From: an uncultured Ruficoccus sp.
Lineage (GTDB): Bacteria; Verrucomicrobiota; Verrucomicrobiia; Opitutales; Cerasicoccaceae
DNA length: 64,000 nt
Direction of reading: 5' to 3'
Assembly: GCA_965140785.1 (NCBI GenBank)
Contig: OZ223481.1
Span: 96,001 to 160,000, forward strand
Every line of letters begins with the position of its first letter. The stretch's first letter is position 1. Below the pieces are notes generated by a model. The model made no database searches, was not told the origin of the DNA, and saw only the letters and a list, made by a program, of their open reading frames with translations. Made by a program: the position numbers and the translations under genes. This document shows, piece after piece, positions 9,886 to 22,854 of this stretch.

Positions 9886-9958
9886 GCCGCAAAAAGGCAC
9901 AAAAAACACAAAAATTGTCCATATAGGCGCTTTTGTGTTTTTTGTGCCTTTTTGTGGC
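9886..9958. repeat. Inverted-repeat element, family R1, copy 2
   Basis: 28-bp arms at 9886-9913 and 9931-9958 are complementary with one mismatch; 17-nt spacer. Confidence 0.9.
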
Positions 9959-9982
9959 CAAATTCTTTCTTCCACCCTGGCG

Positions 9983-10010
9983 TTGACGCCGCCATTCTGC
10001 ACGCTACCTT
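9983..10010 (+). promoter_or_regulatory. Possible sigma70-type promoter for pdhC
   Basis: TTGACG-N16-TACCTT ending 10 nt before the pdhC ATG. Confidence 0.3.
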
Positions 10011-10020
10011 ACAAGACACC

Positions 10021-11430
10021 ATGGCCGAAATTATCGAAATGCCCAAACTGAGCGACACCATGACGGTGGGCACGCTCGTGAGCTGGTTGAAAAAGGAGGG
10101 CGACGAAGTCGCTTCCGGCGACATGATCTGCGAAGTGGAGACCGACAAGGCCACCATGGAGGTCGAGTGCTTCGCCGACGGCGTCCTGCTCAAGCACTAT
10201 GTTGCCGAGGGCGGGGAGATTCCCGTCGGCTCGCCCATGTGCGCCGTCGGTGAAAAGGGCGAAGAGCCCCCCTCCGTCGATACCGACGCCATCGCCGAAA
10301 AGGCCGAGGAGCTCAAAACGGAAGAATCCGACGAGAACGAGGGCGAAGACAAGTCGAAGGAAGAACCGGCCGAAAAGCCCGAGGAAGCCCCGACCCAATC
10401 CGCCCCGGCCCAGCCCTCCGGCGGCGCCAAGCCCGAGCCCGAAGGTCGCAAGCAGGAGTACATCCCCGACGAGGATGAAGCCCCCGCGCCGAAAAAATCC
10501 GACGGTGGCCGCATCAAAGTTTCCCCCCTGGCCCGCAATCTGGCCGAGGAAAAAGGCATCCCGCTCGAAGCCATTACTGGCTCCGGTCCGAATGGGCGTA
10601 TTGTGAAAAAGGACGTGCTCAAGGCCGAGAAGGAAGGCGTCAAGGCCCCCGCTCCCCAGGCCGACTCCAAGCCGTCCGCTCCCGCCGCCCCGGCTCAGTA
10701 CCAACCGGTGGGTGCGCCCATCGCCGAGGACGGCAAGATCAAGGTCTCCAACATGCGCAAGGCTATCGCCACGCGCCTGGTCGAGTCCAAGACCACCATC
10801 CCGCATTTTTACCTCGAAGCCGAGGTGGACGCCGCCGCCCTGCTGGCGCTGCGTGCCGAGATCAATTACCATCTCGCCAACCGCGCGCCCGAAGAAGGCG
10901 GTATCAAGCTGACCGTCAACGACTTCATCCTCAAAGCCTCGGCCGAGGCCCTGCGCCGCGTGCCGGGCGTCAACTGCTCCTGGATGGGCGACCATATCCA
11001 GCAGCACGGAGCCGTTCACCTGGCCTTCGGTGTCGCCGTGCCCGAGGGGTTGGTCACGCCGGTCATCCGTGACGCCCATGCCAAGAGCGTGCGCCAGATC
11101 AGCATCGAGGCCAAGGAGCTCATCCAGAAGGCCCGCAACAAGAAGCTGACCCCGAACGACATGAGCGGCTCGACCTTTACCGTGACGAACCTCGGCATGT
11201 ACGGCACGACCGGCTTCTACGGCATCATCAATCCGCCCAACGCCGCCATCCTTTCGGTCGGTGCCACCCTGAAGAAGCCCGTGGTGGACAAGGACGGCAA
11301 CATTGTGGTCGGCCAGCGCATGGCGATCGGCCTCTCCGGCGACCACCGCGTGATCGACGGGGCCACCGGCGCGGAGTTCCTCCAGGCGCTTCAGGCCGTG
11401 CTCGAGACCCCGGCCCTGATGCTCGTCTAG
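10021..11430 (+). CDS. pdhC: Pyruvate dehydrogenase E2 dihydrolipoamide acetyltransferase
   Basis: Lipoyl motif EVETDKATME, E3-binding SPLARNLA...GSGPNGRI, catalytic DHRVIDG; start moved to ATG 10021. Confidence 0.95.
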   Translation: MAEIIEMPKLSDTMTVGTLVSWLKKEGDEVASGDMICEVETDKATMEVECFADGVLLKHYVAEGGEIPVGSPMCAVGEKGEEPPSVDTDAIAEKAEELKTEESDENEGEDKSKEEPAEKPEEAPTQSAPAQPSGGAKPEPEGRKQEYIPDEDEAPAPKKSDGGRIKVSPLARNLAEEKGIPLEAITGSGPNGRIVKKDVLKAEKEGVKAPAPQADSKPSAPAAPAQYQPVGAPIAEDGKIKVSNMRKAIATRLVESKTTIPHFYLEAEVDAAALLALRAEINYHLANRAPEEGGIKLTVNDFILKASAEALRRVPGVNCSWMGDHIQQHGAVHLAFGVAVPEGLVTPVIRDAHAKSVRQISIEAKELIQKARNKKLTPNDMSGSTFTVTNLGMYGTTGFYGIINPPNAAILSVGATLKKPVVDKDGNIVVGQRMAIGLSGDHRVIDGATGAEFLQALQAVLETPALMLV

Positions 11431-11458
11431 GTACGGATAGCCCGTTTTTCCTCAGAAA

Positions 11459-11491
11459 GAACGCCCCTGTTTGTCGCAGGGGCGTTTTTTT
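11459..11491 (+). terminator. Rho-independent terminator after pdhC
   Basis: ACGCCCCTG/CAGGGGCGT stem followed by a T7 tract. Confidence 0.85.
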
Positions 11492-11646
11492 ATCAAGAAA
11501 ATGGGGTAAGCGTCCGACAATAACCGCATCTCATACTTGCAATAAGGAAAAAGTGAGGGCAACTGTCTCTATACCCGGGAGTTAAGCGCCCTGCCCCATT
11601 GCTGGCCTGGAGCCACTTGACACCCCACCCCCAAACGCGGCCGACT

Positions 11647-13494
11647 ATGCGCGAAAAATCGGACAAGACCCACTCCTACCCCGGTCGCTATGTCGATTCC
11701 AACCGTATCGTAATGATTATCGCCATCATGGCGCTGATGGCCTACGGCATCGCCGGGCTCGCCATCTGGGTCATCTACGAAGCCCGCCTCAAGCAGTACA
11801 GCCAAAACCTCCTGGGCGCCGCCCAGAACAAGGTCGCCCTGCTCAACTATATCACGCGAGAGCACATCGCCCGGGAGCACACGACTTCTTCCCCTCACTC
11901 CGCCGACGGTCACATCCACTACGAGGATATAGACAGCCAGGACCGGGCGAAGATTTTAGAGCATTTCGCGGAGGCCGTGACCGGCAGCGGGAGCTTCCGG
12001 GCCACCGGAGAGAACGTTCTCGGCTACACGCTGAACGGAAAGCTGTATATCCACACCAGTCGGCAGGAGCCGGGCAGCGAGCCTTATGTCGTAAATACGG
12101 GCGCACCCGTCGCCGAACCTCTGAAGCGGGCACTGGCGGGCGAAAGCGGCAGCTTAATGGCCCGGGATTACCGGAATGAAAAGGTGATAGCCGCCATGGT
12201 CCCGCTGCCCGAAATTGACGCCGCCATGGTGGTAAAGATGGATATGTCGGAATTCAGTGCCCCCTACCGGCGGGCGATTTTCATCACCTTGGCTGGCGGC
12301 ACGGTTCTGATTATTCTCAGCAGTCTGTTCTGCTGGCGCGAGGGCCACCGGATCATCAGCAAGCTCGCCTTCAGTGAGAACCGCTACCGCACGCTGATGG
12401 ACAACGTCCCCCTGTGCGTCTTTCTCAAAGACGGCAACGGCATTTATCTGACCGCGAACCGGTATTTCTACATGCGCTACGGGGTGAACAAAAAGAGCAT
12501 TCCCAAGCTGACCGACCACACGATTTTTCCTCCGGAGAGCGTACGCAAGCATATGGATGACGACCATCGCGTGCTTAAGGAGGGGATCACCCTCACCGGC
12601 TACGAAAACCAGATGGTCAAAGGTGAGGAGCGCATCATCCGCTACCTCAAGTGCCCCCTGAAGGACGACGATGGCGAGCCGCTGGGTATTGTGGGCATCC
12701 ACCAGGACGTGACTCAGGACCGCCGTAATTCGGAGGCCCTCAAAAAGCTCAATGCCGAACTGGAGATCCAAGTGCGCAAACGCACTGCCCAGTTGGAGCT
12801 GGCCAACCGGGAGCTGGAAAGCTTCGCCTACGCGGTGTCCCACGACCTGCGTGCCCCGCTACGGGCCATGGCGGGCTTCAGTGAGGCGCTCAAGGAGGAG
12901 TACGGCGAGCGTTTCGACGAGACCGCGGCCGACTACATTCAGCGTATCCTGCGAGCCACTAACAACATGGCCGAACTGATCGACAGCCTTCTGAGCCTGT
13001 CGCGCTCCACCCTCGGCGAACTCAACATCGTGCCGCTGGATCTTTCCCAGATGGCCCGGGACGTGTTTGAAGACCTCCGGAGCTCGGACCCGAGTCACCG
13101 CCCGCAAATCGTCATCGCCCCCGACCTGAAGGCAGACGGAGACAAGCGCCTCATCCGCAATGTCCTCGAAAATCTCATCGGCAACGCCTGGAAATACTCC
13201 ACCAAGGCCACCGAACCCCGCATCGAAGTCGGCAGCGAGAGGCTGCGCCCTCCCGGCGAAGAATCCGAAGAGATGGAGACGTTTTTCGTCCGCGACAATG
13301 GAGCGGGCTTTGATATGGCCTACGCGAACAAGCTTTTCCGCCCTTTCCAGCGCCTGCATCATGAAAAAGAATATCAGGGTTCGGGAATCGGACTGGCCAC
13401 GGTGGAGAGAATTGTTCATCGTCACAACGGTCGGATCTGGGCGGAAAGTGAGCCCGGACGAGGAGCCACGTTTTACTTCACGCTGGATCAATAA
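11647..13494 (+). CDS. Membrane sensor histidine kinase (periplasmic sensor, PAS, HisKA, HATPase)
   Basis: Two TM segments, a PAS domain, H-box SHDLRAPLR, NLIGNAWKY, DNGAGF, GSGIGLA; start uncertain. Confidence 0.92.
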   Translation: MREKSDKTHSYPGRYVDSNRIVMIIAIMALMAYGIAGLAIWVIYEARLKQYSQNLLGAAQNKVALLNYITREHIAREHTTSSPHSADGHIHYEDIDSQDRAKILEHFAEAVTGSGSFRATGENVLGYTLNGKLYIHTSRQEPGSEPYVVNTGAPVAEPLKRALAGESGSLMARDYRNEKVIAAMVPLPEIDAAMVVKMDMSEFSAPYRRAIFITLAGGTVLIILSSLFCWREGHRIISKLAFSENRYRTLMDNVPLCVFLKDGNGIYLTANRYFYMRYGVNKKSIPKLTDHTIFPPESVRKHMDDDHRVLKEGITLTGYENQMVKGEERIIRYLKCPLKDDDGEPLGIVGIHQDVTQDRRNSEALKKLNAELEIQVRKRTAQLELANRELESFAYAVSHDLRAPLRAMAGFSEALKEEYGERFDETAADYIQRILRATNNMAELIDSLLSLSRSTLGELNIVPLDLSQMARDVFEDLRSSDPSHRPQIVIAPDLKADGDKRLIRNVLENLIGNAWKYSTKATEPRIEVGSERLRPPGEESEEMETFFVRDNGAGFDMAYANKLFRPFQRLHHEKEYQGSGIGLATVERIVHRHNGRIWAESEPGRGATFYFTLDQ

Positions 13495-13498
13495 GCCC

Positions 13499-13951
13499 AT
13501 GGCCTTCATGAAAGCCCAAAAAATTCTGCTGGTCGAAGACAACCCCGATGACGAAGCCCTGACCTTGCGGGCCTTGAAGAAGTGCGGGGTGGCGAACCAC
13601 GTCGATGTCGTCCGCAACGGGCAAGACGCGGTTGATTACCTGCTTGCCCACGGGAAATTTGAAGGCCGTGATGCCCGGGACCTGCCTCAACTGGTGCTGC
13701 TGGATCTCAAGCTGCCCATGCTCGACGGGTTGGAAGTGCTCGAGATCATCCGCCGGGAGGAAACCACCCGTACCCTGCCAGTCGTCATCTTCACCTCCTC
13801 CAAGGAAAAGTCCGACCTGACACAAGGCTACAAGCTCGGGGTTAACAGCTTCGTGTGCAAGCCGATAAACTTTGCAGAGTTCAGCGAATCCATCCGCCAA
13901 CTGGGGCTGTACTGGCTGCTCATCAACGAACCGCCGCCCCCGGTCTATTGA
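13499..13951 (+). CDS. Single-domain response regulator (Rcp-like)
   Basis: ILLVEDNPDD, LLDLKLP, FTSS, NSFVCKP, YWLLINEPP. Confidence 0.92.
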   Translation: MAFMKAQKILLVEDNPDDEALTLRALKKCGVANHVDVVRNGQDAVDYLLAHGKFEGRDARDLPQLVLLDLKLPMLDGLEVLEIIRREETTRTLPVVIFTSSKEKSDLTQGYKLGVNSFVCKPINFAEFSESIRQLGLYWLLINEPPPPVY

Positions 13952-13974
13952 AGCCCTTCCACCCCCATCGTCAC

Positions 13975-17442
<3,468 letters not shown>

Positions 17443-17564
17443 GGCCGCCCCCGCTCATTCTTCAGACGGGCAACGAGCCGGAGACACATCTCACCCGCTC
17501 GCTTTATCAAAGGAAAAATACCCCGGACACGCCCGGAAAAAATCGGACCGTCGCCCCGGCAAGC

Positions 17565-17834
17565 TTATTGGTAGCGCTGCGAGGGATCGTAAACCGGCGA
17601 ATCAAAAGCCGACCCGGAAGAGTGACCCTCCTTGAGCATCGGGTTCTCGGCGGCTTCGGCGGTGCGCTTCTCGTTGGCCGCCTTTACGCGGTCGGCGTAG
17701 GTCCCCACCTCATCCGTGTTCCCGGTGATGGTCGAGCGGATCGGGTCCCGGCCCACGTCGTCCGGGTAGGAATCACAACCGGCCGTTCCAAGCAGGCAGG
17801 CCGCCAACAGACTGAGGAGAATAACCGGCTTCAT
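17565..17834 (-). CDS. Small hypothetical lipoprotein
   Basis: Signal peptide with lipobox LLGTAGC; 89 aa. Confidence 0.7.
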   Translation of the reverse strand: MKPVILLSLLAACLLGTAGCDSYPDDVGRDPIRSTITGNTDEVGTYADRVKAANEKRTAEAAENPMLKEGHSSGSAFDSPVYDPSQRYQ

Positions 17835-18050
17835 AACAGGATAAATAGCCGAGCCTTTCGCCCAAAGTCAAGCAGGCGAATGACTTATTATGCCTCTGCC
17901 ACCCCACGCAGGCAGGGGTTCTGGCACCACCGGAGGAGAGGGCAAAGGCCGTAAAAGCCCTCACCGGGCTAGCTATTCGTCCTTTTCCGTCTTCCTCGTA
18001 AGCCTCTCAATGAGAGCGGGCGGAGAGCCGCCTGGCGGCTTTCGCCGGCG

Positions 18051-20015
18051 CTAGCCTTCGGCGCGCTGACGGGCGTCGGCTTCGAGGGCTTTTTTCATGG
18101 CCTCGACCTTCTCCATCGTGGCGGCCTTGACCGAGTCCAGCGCTTCGGTCGAGTCCACCGGCTCGTGGGCGAAGCAGTAGAACTTGATCTTCGGCTCGGT
18201 GCCGGACCCGCGCACCGCGTAGCGGTAGCCGTTGTCCAGCTCGACGAAGTAAAAGTCCTCCTTCGGGATCGGCTTGGCGTCGGCGTCGGAGATTTCATCC
18301 CGGCCAAAGTCGATCAGCTTGACCACCTTGGCCCCGGCAATTTCCTTTGGCGGATTGCTGCGGTAGCTGTCGATGATGTTGCGGATCTTCTGCGAGCCGG
18401 CCGCGCCCTCGAAGTAGAGGTTGAGCAGCGTCTCGGCGTAATAGCCGTACTTGAGGTAAAGTCCGTCCAGGTACTCGCCCAGCGTCAGGTTCTGCCCCTT
18501 GAGGTAGGCCATCAGCTCGCTGAACATGAGGATCGCGCCGGTGGCGTCCTTGTCGCGCACCCGGTCGCTGGCGAGGTAGCCGTAGCTCTCCTCGCCGCCG
18601 AAAACGTAATACGTGCTGTAGTCAAGCAGCAGGCCGACGCGAGTCGAGAGGTCGGTCTCGTCGTAGTCGATGGCGAGCCCTTCCTCTTCGAAAAGCCGGT
18701 CCTCGAGATCCTCCTCGTAGTGCTTGAGCTTTTCGCCGATCCACTTGAAGCCGGTCAGCGTGTTGATGCACTTGAGGCCGTGTGCCTGGGCGATGGCTTC
18801 CTGCATCGGGGTGGTGACGAAGGTCTTGATCAAGGCGGCGTTTTCGCTGCCCTCCAGCGGGACGATGCCGATTTCCTTGAGCTTGGCCACGCGGTACTCG
18901 GCCAGGCAGGAGCCGAGCTGGTTGCCGGTGTAGAGCACCATCTTGCCGTCCTTGTCGCGGGCGCCCACGCCGAGGCGGTCGGCGTCCGGGTCGGTCGCGA
19001 TAACGGCGTCGGCCTGGCACTCCTCGGCCTTTTTCAGGGCCAGATCGAAGGCGCTCTTGACCTCGGGATTGGGCGACTCGACGGTCGGGAAACGCCCGTC
19101 CTGCACCATCTGCTCCTCCACCGGGTGCACCTCGACGCCGAAGACCTCCATCATCGGCAGGGCGCTGATGGCGCCGGTGCCGTGGTTGGGGGTGAAGACG
19201 AATTTCGGGGTGGCCTTTTCAAAGACTTCCGGGTCGAGCACGTTGTCCTCCAGCGCCTCGTAGTAAGCCTCGTCCACCGAAACCGGCAGCGTGACTACGG
19301 CGGAGAGATCCTTCTCAAGGAACGGCGGCAGCTCGCTCAGTTCGACGCTCTGGAACTCCTTGATAATCGCTTCGGCGTGCGGGCTAACGACCTGGGCTCC
19401 GTCGCAGAAGTAGGCCTTGAAGCCGTTGTCGTGCGGGGGGTTGTGGCTGGCGGTGATGACCACTCCGGCGGTGCACTTGAGGTGGCGCACGGCGAAGCTC
19501 AGGTGCGGGGTGGCCCGCGGCCCGTCAAAAATCATGGCCAGCCCACCTAGCTTGGTCCAGGTGGAGGCGGCCAGCTCGCAGAAGTGCCGCGAGTAGTGGC
19601 GCACGTCGTGGCCGATGACCAGCTTGGGCGTGTCGAACTGCTCGACCTCCTCCAGGTACTCCTGACAGTGGCGGTAGAGCCCGATGGTGGCCCGGATGAG
19701 GTTGAAGTCGTTGAGCATGTTCGTGCCCACGGCGGGGTGCTCGGGGGCGCCCTGGTCAGTCGGCGTGCCCTGCTCGCTGGGGGCGGTGACCTCGCCGATG
19801 GTGCGCGTGCGCATGCCACCGGTGCCGAACTTGATCAGTTGGTAAAAGCGGTTGTTGAGCTCGTCCCAGGCCTCCTGGGCGACCAGTTCATCGATGGCCG
19901 AGACGGCCCAGTCCGGAAGGAAGCCACCCTCCAGCCAGGCGGTGATGTTCTCGACGCTTGAGGGCAACAGTTTACCGGCTTCCCCGGCTTGTTTGACGGT
20001 TTCCAAGGTGGTCAT
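18051..20015 (-). CDS. Phosphoglucomutase/phosphomannomutase (alpha-D-phosphohexomutase)
   Basis: FGTGGMR, TASHNP, DPDADR, GGEESYG, RGSGTEPKIKFY. Confidence 0.93.
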   Translation of the reverse strand: MTTLETVKQAGEAGKLLPSSVENITAWLEGGFLPDWAVSAIDELVAQEAWDELNNRFYQLIKFGTGGMRTRTIGEVTAPSEQGTPTDQGAPEHPAVGTNMLNDFNLIRATIGLYRHCQEYLEEVEQFDTPKLVIGHDVRHYSRHFCELAASTWTKLGGLAMIFDGPRATPHLSFAVRHLKCTAGVVITASHNPPHDNGFKAYFCDGAQVVSPHAEAIIKEFQSVELSELPPFLEKDLSAVVTLPVSVDEAYYEALEDNVLDPEVFEKATPKFVFTPNHGTGAISALPMMEVFGVEVHPVEEQMVQDGRFPTVESPNPEVKSAFDLALKKAEECQADAVIATDPDADRLGVGARDKDGKMVLYTGNQLGSCLAEYRVAKLKEIGIVPLEGSENAALIKTFVTTPMQEAIAQAHGLKCINTLTGFKWIGEKLKHYEEDLEDRLFEEEGLAIDYDETDLSTRVGLLLDYSTYYVFGGEESYGYLASDRVRDKDATGAILMFSELMAYLKGQNLTLGEYLDGLYLKYGYYAETLLNLYFEGAAGSQKIRNIIDSYRSNPPKEIAGAKVVKLIDFGRDEISDADAKPIPKEDFYFVELDNGYRYAVRGSGTEPKIKFYCFAHEPVDSTEALDSVKAATMEKVEAMKKALEADARQRAEG

Positions 20016-20022
20016 GGGATGT

Positions 20023-20170
20023 AATGGGTTAAATGGCTAAATGGTTATAATGGTTGAATGGTCAGAATGGCTGAGGGCGGGATGGTCAGGGGACGAGTAA
20101 CGGACAGCCGGTAAAAACAACCGGCTCCACCGTCCCATAACTATATAACCCATTAGCCATTTAACCATTT
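20023..20170. repeat. Inverted arms built from tandem ~8-nt AAATGG(T/C)T units, family R4
   Basis: Left arm AATGGGTTAAATGGCTAAATGGTTATAATGGTTGAATGGTC; right arm TAACTATATAACCCATTAGCCATTTAACCATTT; inner hairpin AGCCGGT/ACCGGCT at 20106-20126. Confidence 0.8.
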
Positions 20171-20171
20171 T

Positions 20172-21599
20172 CTATTCGATGACGAGCCCCTCGACGATGG
20201 CGGGCGGGTTGTCCAGCTTGCCCCAAGCCTCGACAAAGGTGTCCTGGCTGTCGGCAAAAAGCGGGCTGATCTCGAAGGTGATGGCGGGCAGGCCGGAGCC
20301 GTCCTTTTCCACCGCCACACCGGCGGCCTCCAGCCAGCGGGCGTACTCGCGCAGTTGGTCCTCGCGGCTGGTCTGCGGGGAGTCGTCGCCCTCGGCGTTC
20401 TTGACCGGGCTGAAATCATCCGCCCGCGCCGTCTCGATGATGACCGGGTTCTCGGCGAAGGGCAGCGCGTCGAAAACGAACATCTCGAACTTCACGCCGT
20501 TGGGAGCATCGGGCTTGTGGGTGTGCCCCTCGGAGGAAACGACGGGGATCTTCTTGTCCGCCCGGTGGAAGGGAAGGCTGGCCTCGGGGTTGTCCCCGCC
20601 CATGCGCCCGATGAACTCGCGCCCAAGGATGTGGATGGCGATGCTGCCGCCGAGGAAGCGGAGCTGATCCTTGTCGTCGCGGGCCTCGGCCAGCTCGTCG
20701 GGCATGTCGCTGTACTCGACCACCACCGTCTTGCCACGCTGCACGCAGAAGTGGCCGACTTTTTCCTTGGCGTGGGCCTTGGGCAGCATTTTTGAGGACA
20801 TCTCAGACTCACCCTTGATATGGAAGCCGATAAAGGCCGGGTCGATGATCTTGATCAGCGGGTTGTCCACCTGGAAGTAGCTGACCACATCGACGCCCAG
20901 CTCCTCCATCTTGGCCAGCGCGCCGGAGCGCACCAGCGCCCGCAGCGAGCCGCCGTGCCCGTCCGGGCTCATGGCGACCTTGGCGGGCTCTTCGAGAAGG
21001 ATCTTGCCGTCGTAATCGACCGCCGGCATCAGCCCCTGCTGGAAGAAGTGCACGTGCTCCTCGTCCAAGCCGAAAAAGGCGTGCTGCTCGAAAAACTTCA
21101 CCGTGGCCGCGTGGTTGATGTGGCTGGTCATGATGAACCAGGGGATCGGCTTGCCGAAGCGGCGGCTGGCGGCGAGGATCTTTTCGGCGAAAACCTGGAA
21201 GAGCGAGTGCTTGCGCACCGGGGTCACGGGGAAAGTGCCCTTCGGGCCGTCGTAGCCCAGGCGCGTGCCCTGCCCGCCGGCCACCACAAAGGCGGCCACG
21301 CGTCCGGCCTTGAGCGCCTTTTCGCCCAGCGCCTTGGCCTCGGCCCACTCGGCCTCGTCCCCGCCGTTGACGGGCAGCGGGATATACGGGGCCGGTTCGA
21401 GGTCGCTCAGGTCGATCCCCTGGGCACCCTTGCCGAAGACCAGGTCGGCCACCAGCCGGTCAATTTCCTTCAGATCGATTTGCTTGGCCTGGGCACAGAG
21501 CGCCTCGCGCTCCTCCCCCGAGAGCTGGTCCCAAAAACGGAACACCTGCTCCTGCCCGGCGGCTTTAAATGATTCCCGTAACGCAGCATGATCAGACAT
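20172..21599 (-). CDS. UDP-N-acetylglucosamine pyrophosphorylase, eukaryote-type (UDPGP type 1 family)
   Basis: AGGQGTRLG..GPKG, SPDGHGG, QVDNPL, VVEYSD, KFEMFVFD, FSPVKNA. Confidence 0.88.
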   Translation of the reverse strand: MSDHAALRESFKAAGQEQVFRFWDQLSGEEREALCAQAKQIDLKEIDRLVADLVFGKGAQGIDLSDLEPAPYIPLPVNGGDEAEWAEAKALGEKALKAGRVAAFVVAGGQGTRLGYDGPKGTFPVTPVRKHSLFQVFAEKILAASRRFGKPIPWFIMTSHINHAATVKFFEQHAFFGLDEEHVHFFQQGLMPAVDYDGKILLEEPAKVAMSPDGHGGSLRALVRSGALAKMEELGVDVVSYFQVDNPLIKIIDPAFIGFHIKGESEMSSKMLPKAHAKEKVGHFCVQRGKTVVVEYSDMPDELAEARDDKDQLRFLGGSIAIHILGREFIGRMGGDNPEASLPFHRADKKIPVVSSEGHTHKPDAPNGVKFEMFVFDALPFAENPVIIETARADDFSPVKNAEGDDSPQTSREDQLREYARWLEAAGVAVEKDGSGLPAITFEISPLFADSQDTFVEAWGKLDNPPAIVEGLVIE

Positions 21600-21642
21600 G
21601 CCGCCGTGTGTAAGCGCCCCCCGCCCTCAGGGCAACGAAAAA

Positions 21643-21730
21643 GCAGGGCATGCCCTGCACCCTCGGTGCTCACGCACTGGAATGGGGCTGCGCCCCATCG
21701 CGGCCAGAAAGGCCGCTGCCCCGGAAGCGT
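21643..21730 (+). repeat. REP-like hairpin repeat, family R3
   Basis: GCAGGGCATGCCCTGC palindrome, GGGGCTGCGCCCC, GCGGCC-AGAAA-GGCCGC; homologous to the reverse complement of 42959-43013. Confidence 0.7.
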
Positions 21731-21807
21731 CGTAGGGCCTGGTTAAGGAATCTCGTCCACCTACCGGTCTTTTCCGGTCTTCCTGATCTTTCTGTTAAAA
21801 AAAAGCC

Positions 21808-22197
21808 TCAGGCCTTTTTGTTGGCGCTGGGCTGCTGCTCGAGGACGTTCTCTATCCAGTTGAGGGCCGCCGTCAGGTCGAAGAAGAAGCCGATCGGCAT
21901 CTTCGGCATGAAGCCGCGCTCGATTTGCAGGGCCTGCCAGCTCGCCGTGCGATAGGTCACGATGGCCAGCGCACTCAGAAGGGGTACCTGGTCCAGCTGC
22001 TTGTAGATGCGTGGATCGATCGAGTAGCTGTGCACGCGGTTGGCGACGTAGCCGAAAGGCCGGGTGAAGTGCTCCTGCGCCAGCGAGCCAAGCGTATCCA
22101 GCATCGGCACGTCAAAATTGACGCCCTCGGCAAACTCGCCCACCATATAGTTTGCGTGGAAGGTGAACTGGCCAAAAGATAGCTTGTGGGTAATCAT
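21808..22197 (-). CDS. Hypothetical protein, STAS/SEC14 (SpoIIAA-like) type
   Basis: 129 aa from MITHKLSFG; FGYVANRVHSYSIDP and FFDLTAALNWI segments. Confidence 0.6.
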   Translation of the reverse strand: MITHKLSFGQFTFHANYMVGEFAEGVNFDVPMLDTLGSLAQEHFTRPFGYVANRVHSYSIDPRIYKQLDQVPLLSALAIVTYRTASWQALQIERGFMPKMPIGFFFDLTAALNWIENVLEQQPSANKKA

Positions 22198-22368
22198 GAC
22201 AACGATCGAATGGATGTGCCAGATGGGGGGAGGGCATGCGCTATCACGCTGAGGCAGGTTACACGCAAAACCGCCCTTTTTCAAGGACAGCAACCCGCCT
22301 GGCCCGTCATATTCCTCCGGTTTCCCCTACTGGTGTGATGTCAAAGTCTGGGTCCAGTCTCTGCTGTT

Positions 22369-22668
22369 TTATTCCTCCTCAAAACGGATGATGATCTCGT
22401 CTTCACGCGAATAACCCAGTCGATCCCGGGCCACCCGCTCGAAAAATGCGGAGTCAGTGAGCAGCTTGTTGAGATAAGCCTGTTTGTAGGCACGTTCACC
22501 CTGAGCCCGGTCAATACGCTGCTGCAAGGCGGCTTCGCGGGTCTCGTGCACCGAGTATTCGCGCCAGGTGCGCAGGAGCAGCAGGGAAAAGACCGCTACG
22601 ACCACGACAAGGCCGACCGCCAACGAGCCGGCCATGAATTGATGCAAGAACTTGGGTGACAATCGCAT
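22369..22668 (-). CDS. Septum formation initiator (FtsB/DivIC family)
   Basis: TM + coiled coil + FERVARDRLGYSREDEIII. Confidence 0.8.
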   Translation of the reverse strand: MRLSPKFLHQFMAGSLAVGLVVVVAVFSLLLLRTWREYSVHETREAALQQRIDRAQGERAYKQAYLNKLLTDSAFFERVARDRLGYSREDEIIIRFEEE

Positions 22669-22854
22669 TCCTTATTCACAGGAGTAGTAACACAGATGAT
22701 TTGTTCGGTAAAGACCAAACCTTATTCTTAGAACTTTTACAAGTCGCTTACCCGTTCCGTCACTGAAAATACTGGCCATCAGCGTGCTCAGCACGTATGC
22801 TGCCCCGCTCAAATCGTTTATCACGCGTGTTTTGCCGCGCGGCTTGTCCGATCC

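Noticed and set aside
9350..9958. R1 repeats as a CRISPR array or integron attC sites
   Set aside because: They are inverted arms rather than regularly spaced direct repeats, lack RYYYAAC/GTTRRRY ends, and no cas or intI gene is present.
7145..11430. Absence of lpdA (E3) from the pdh cluster
   Set aside because: E3 is often encoded elsewhere and shared among 2-oxoacid dehydrogenases, so this is not unusual.
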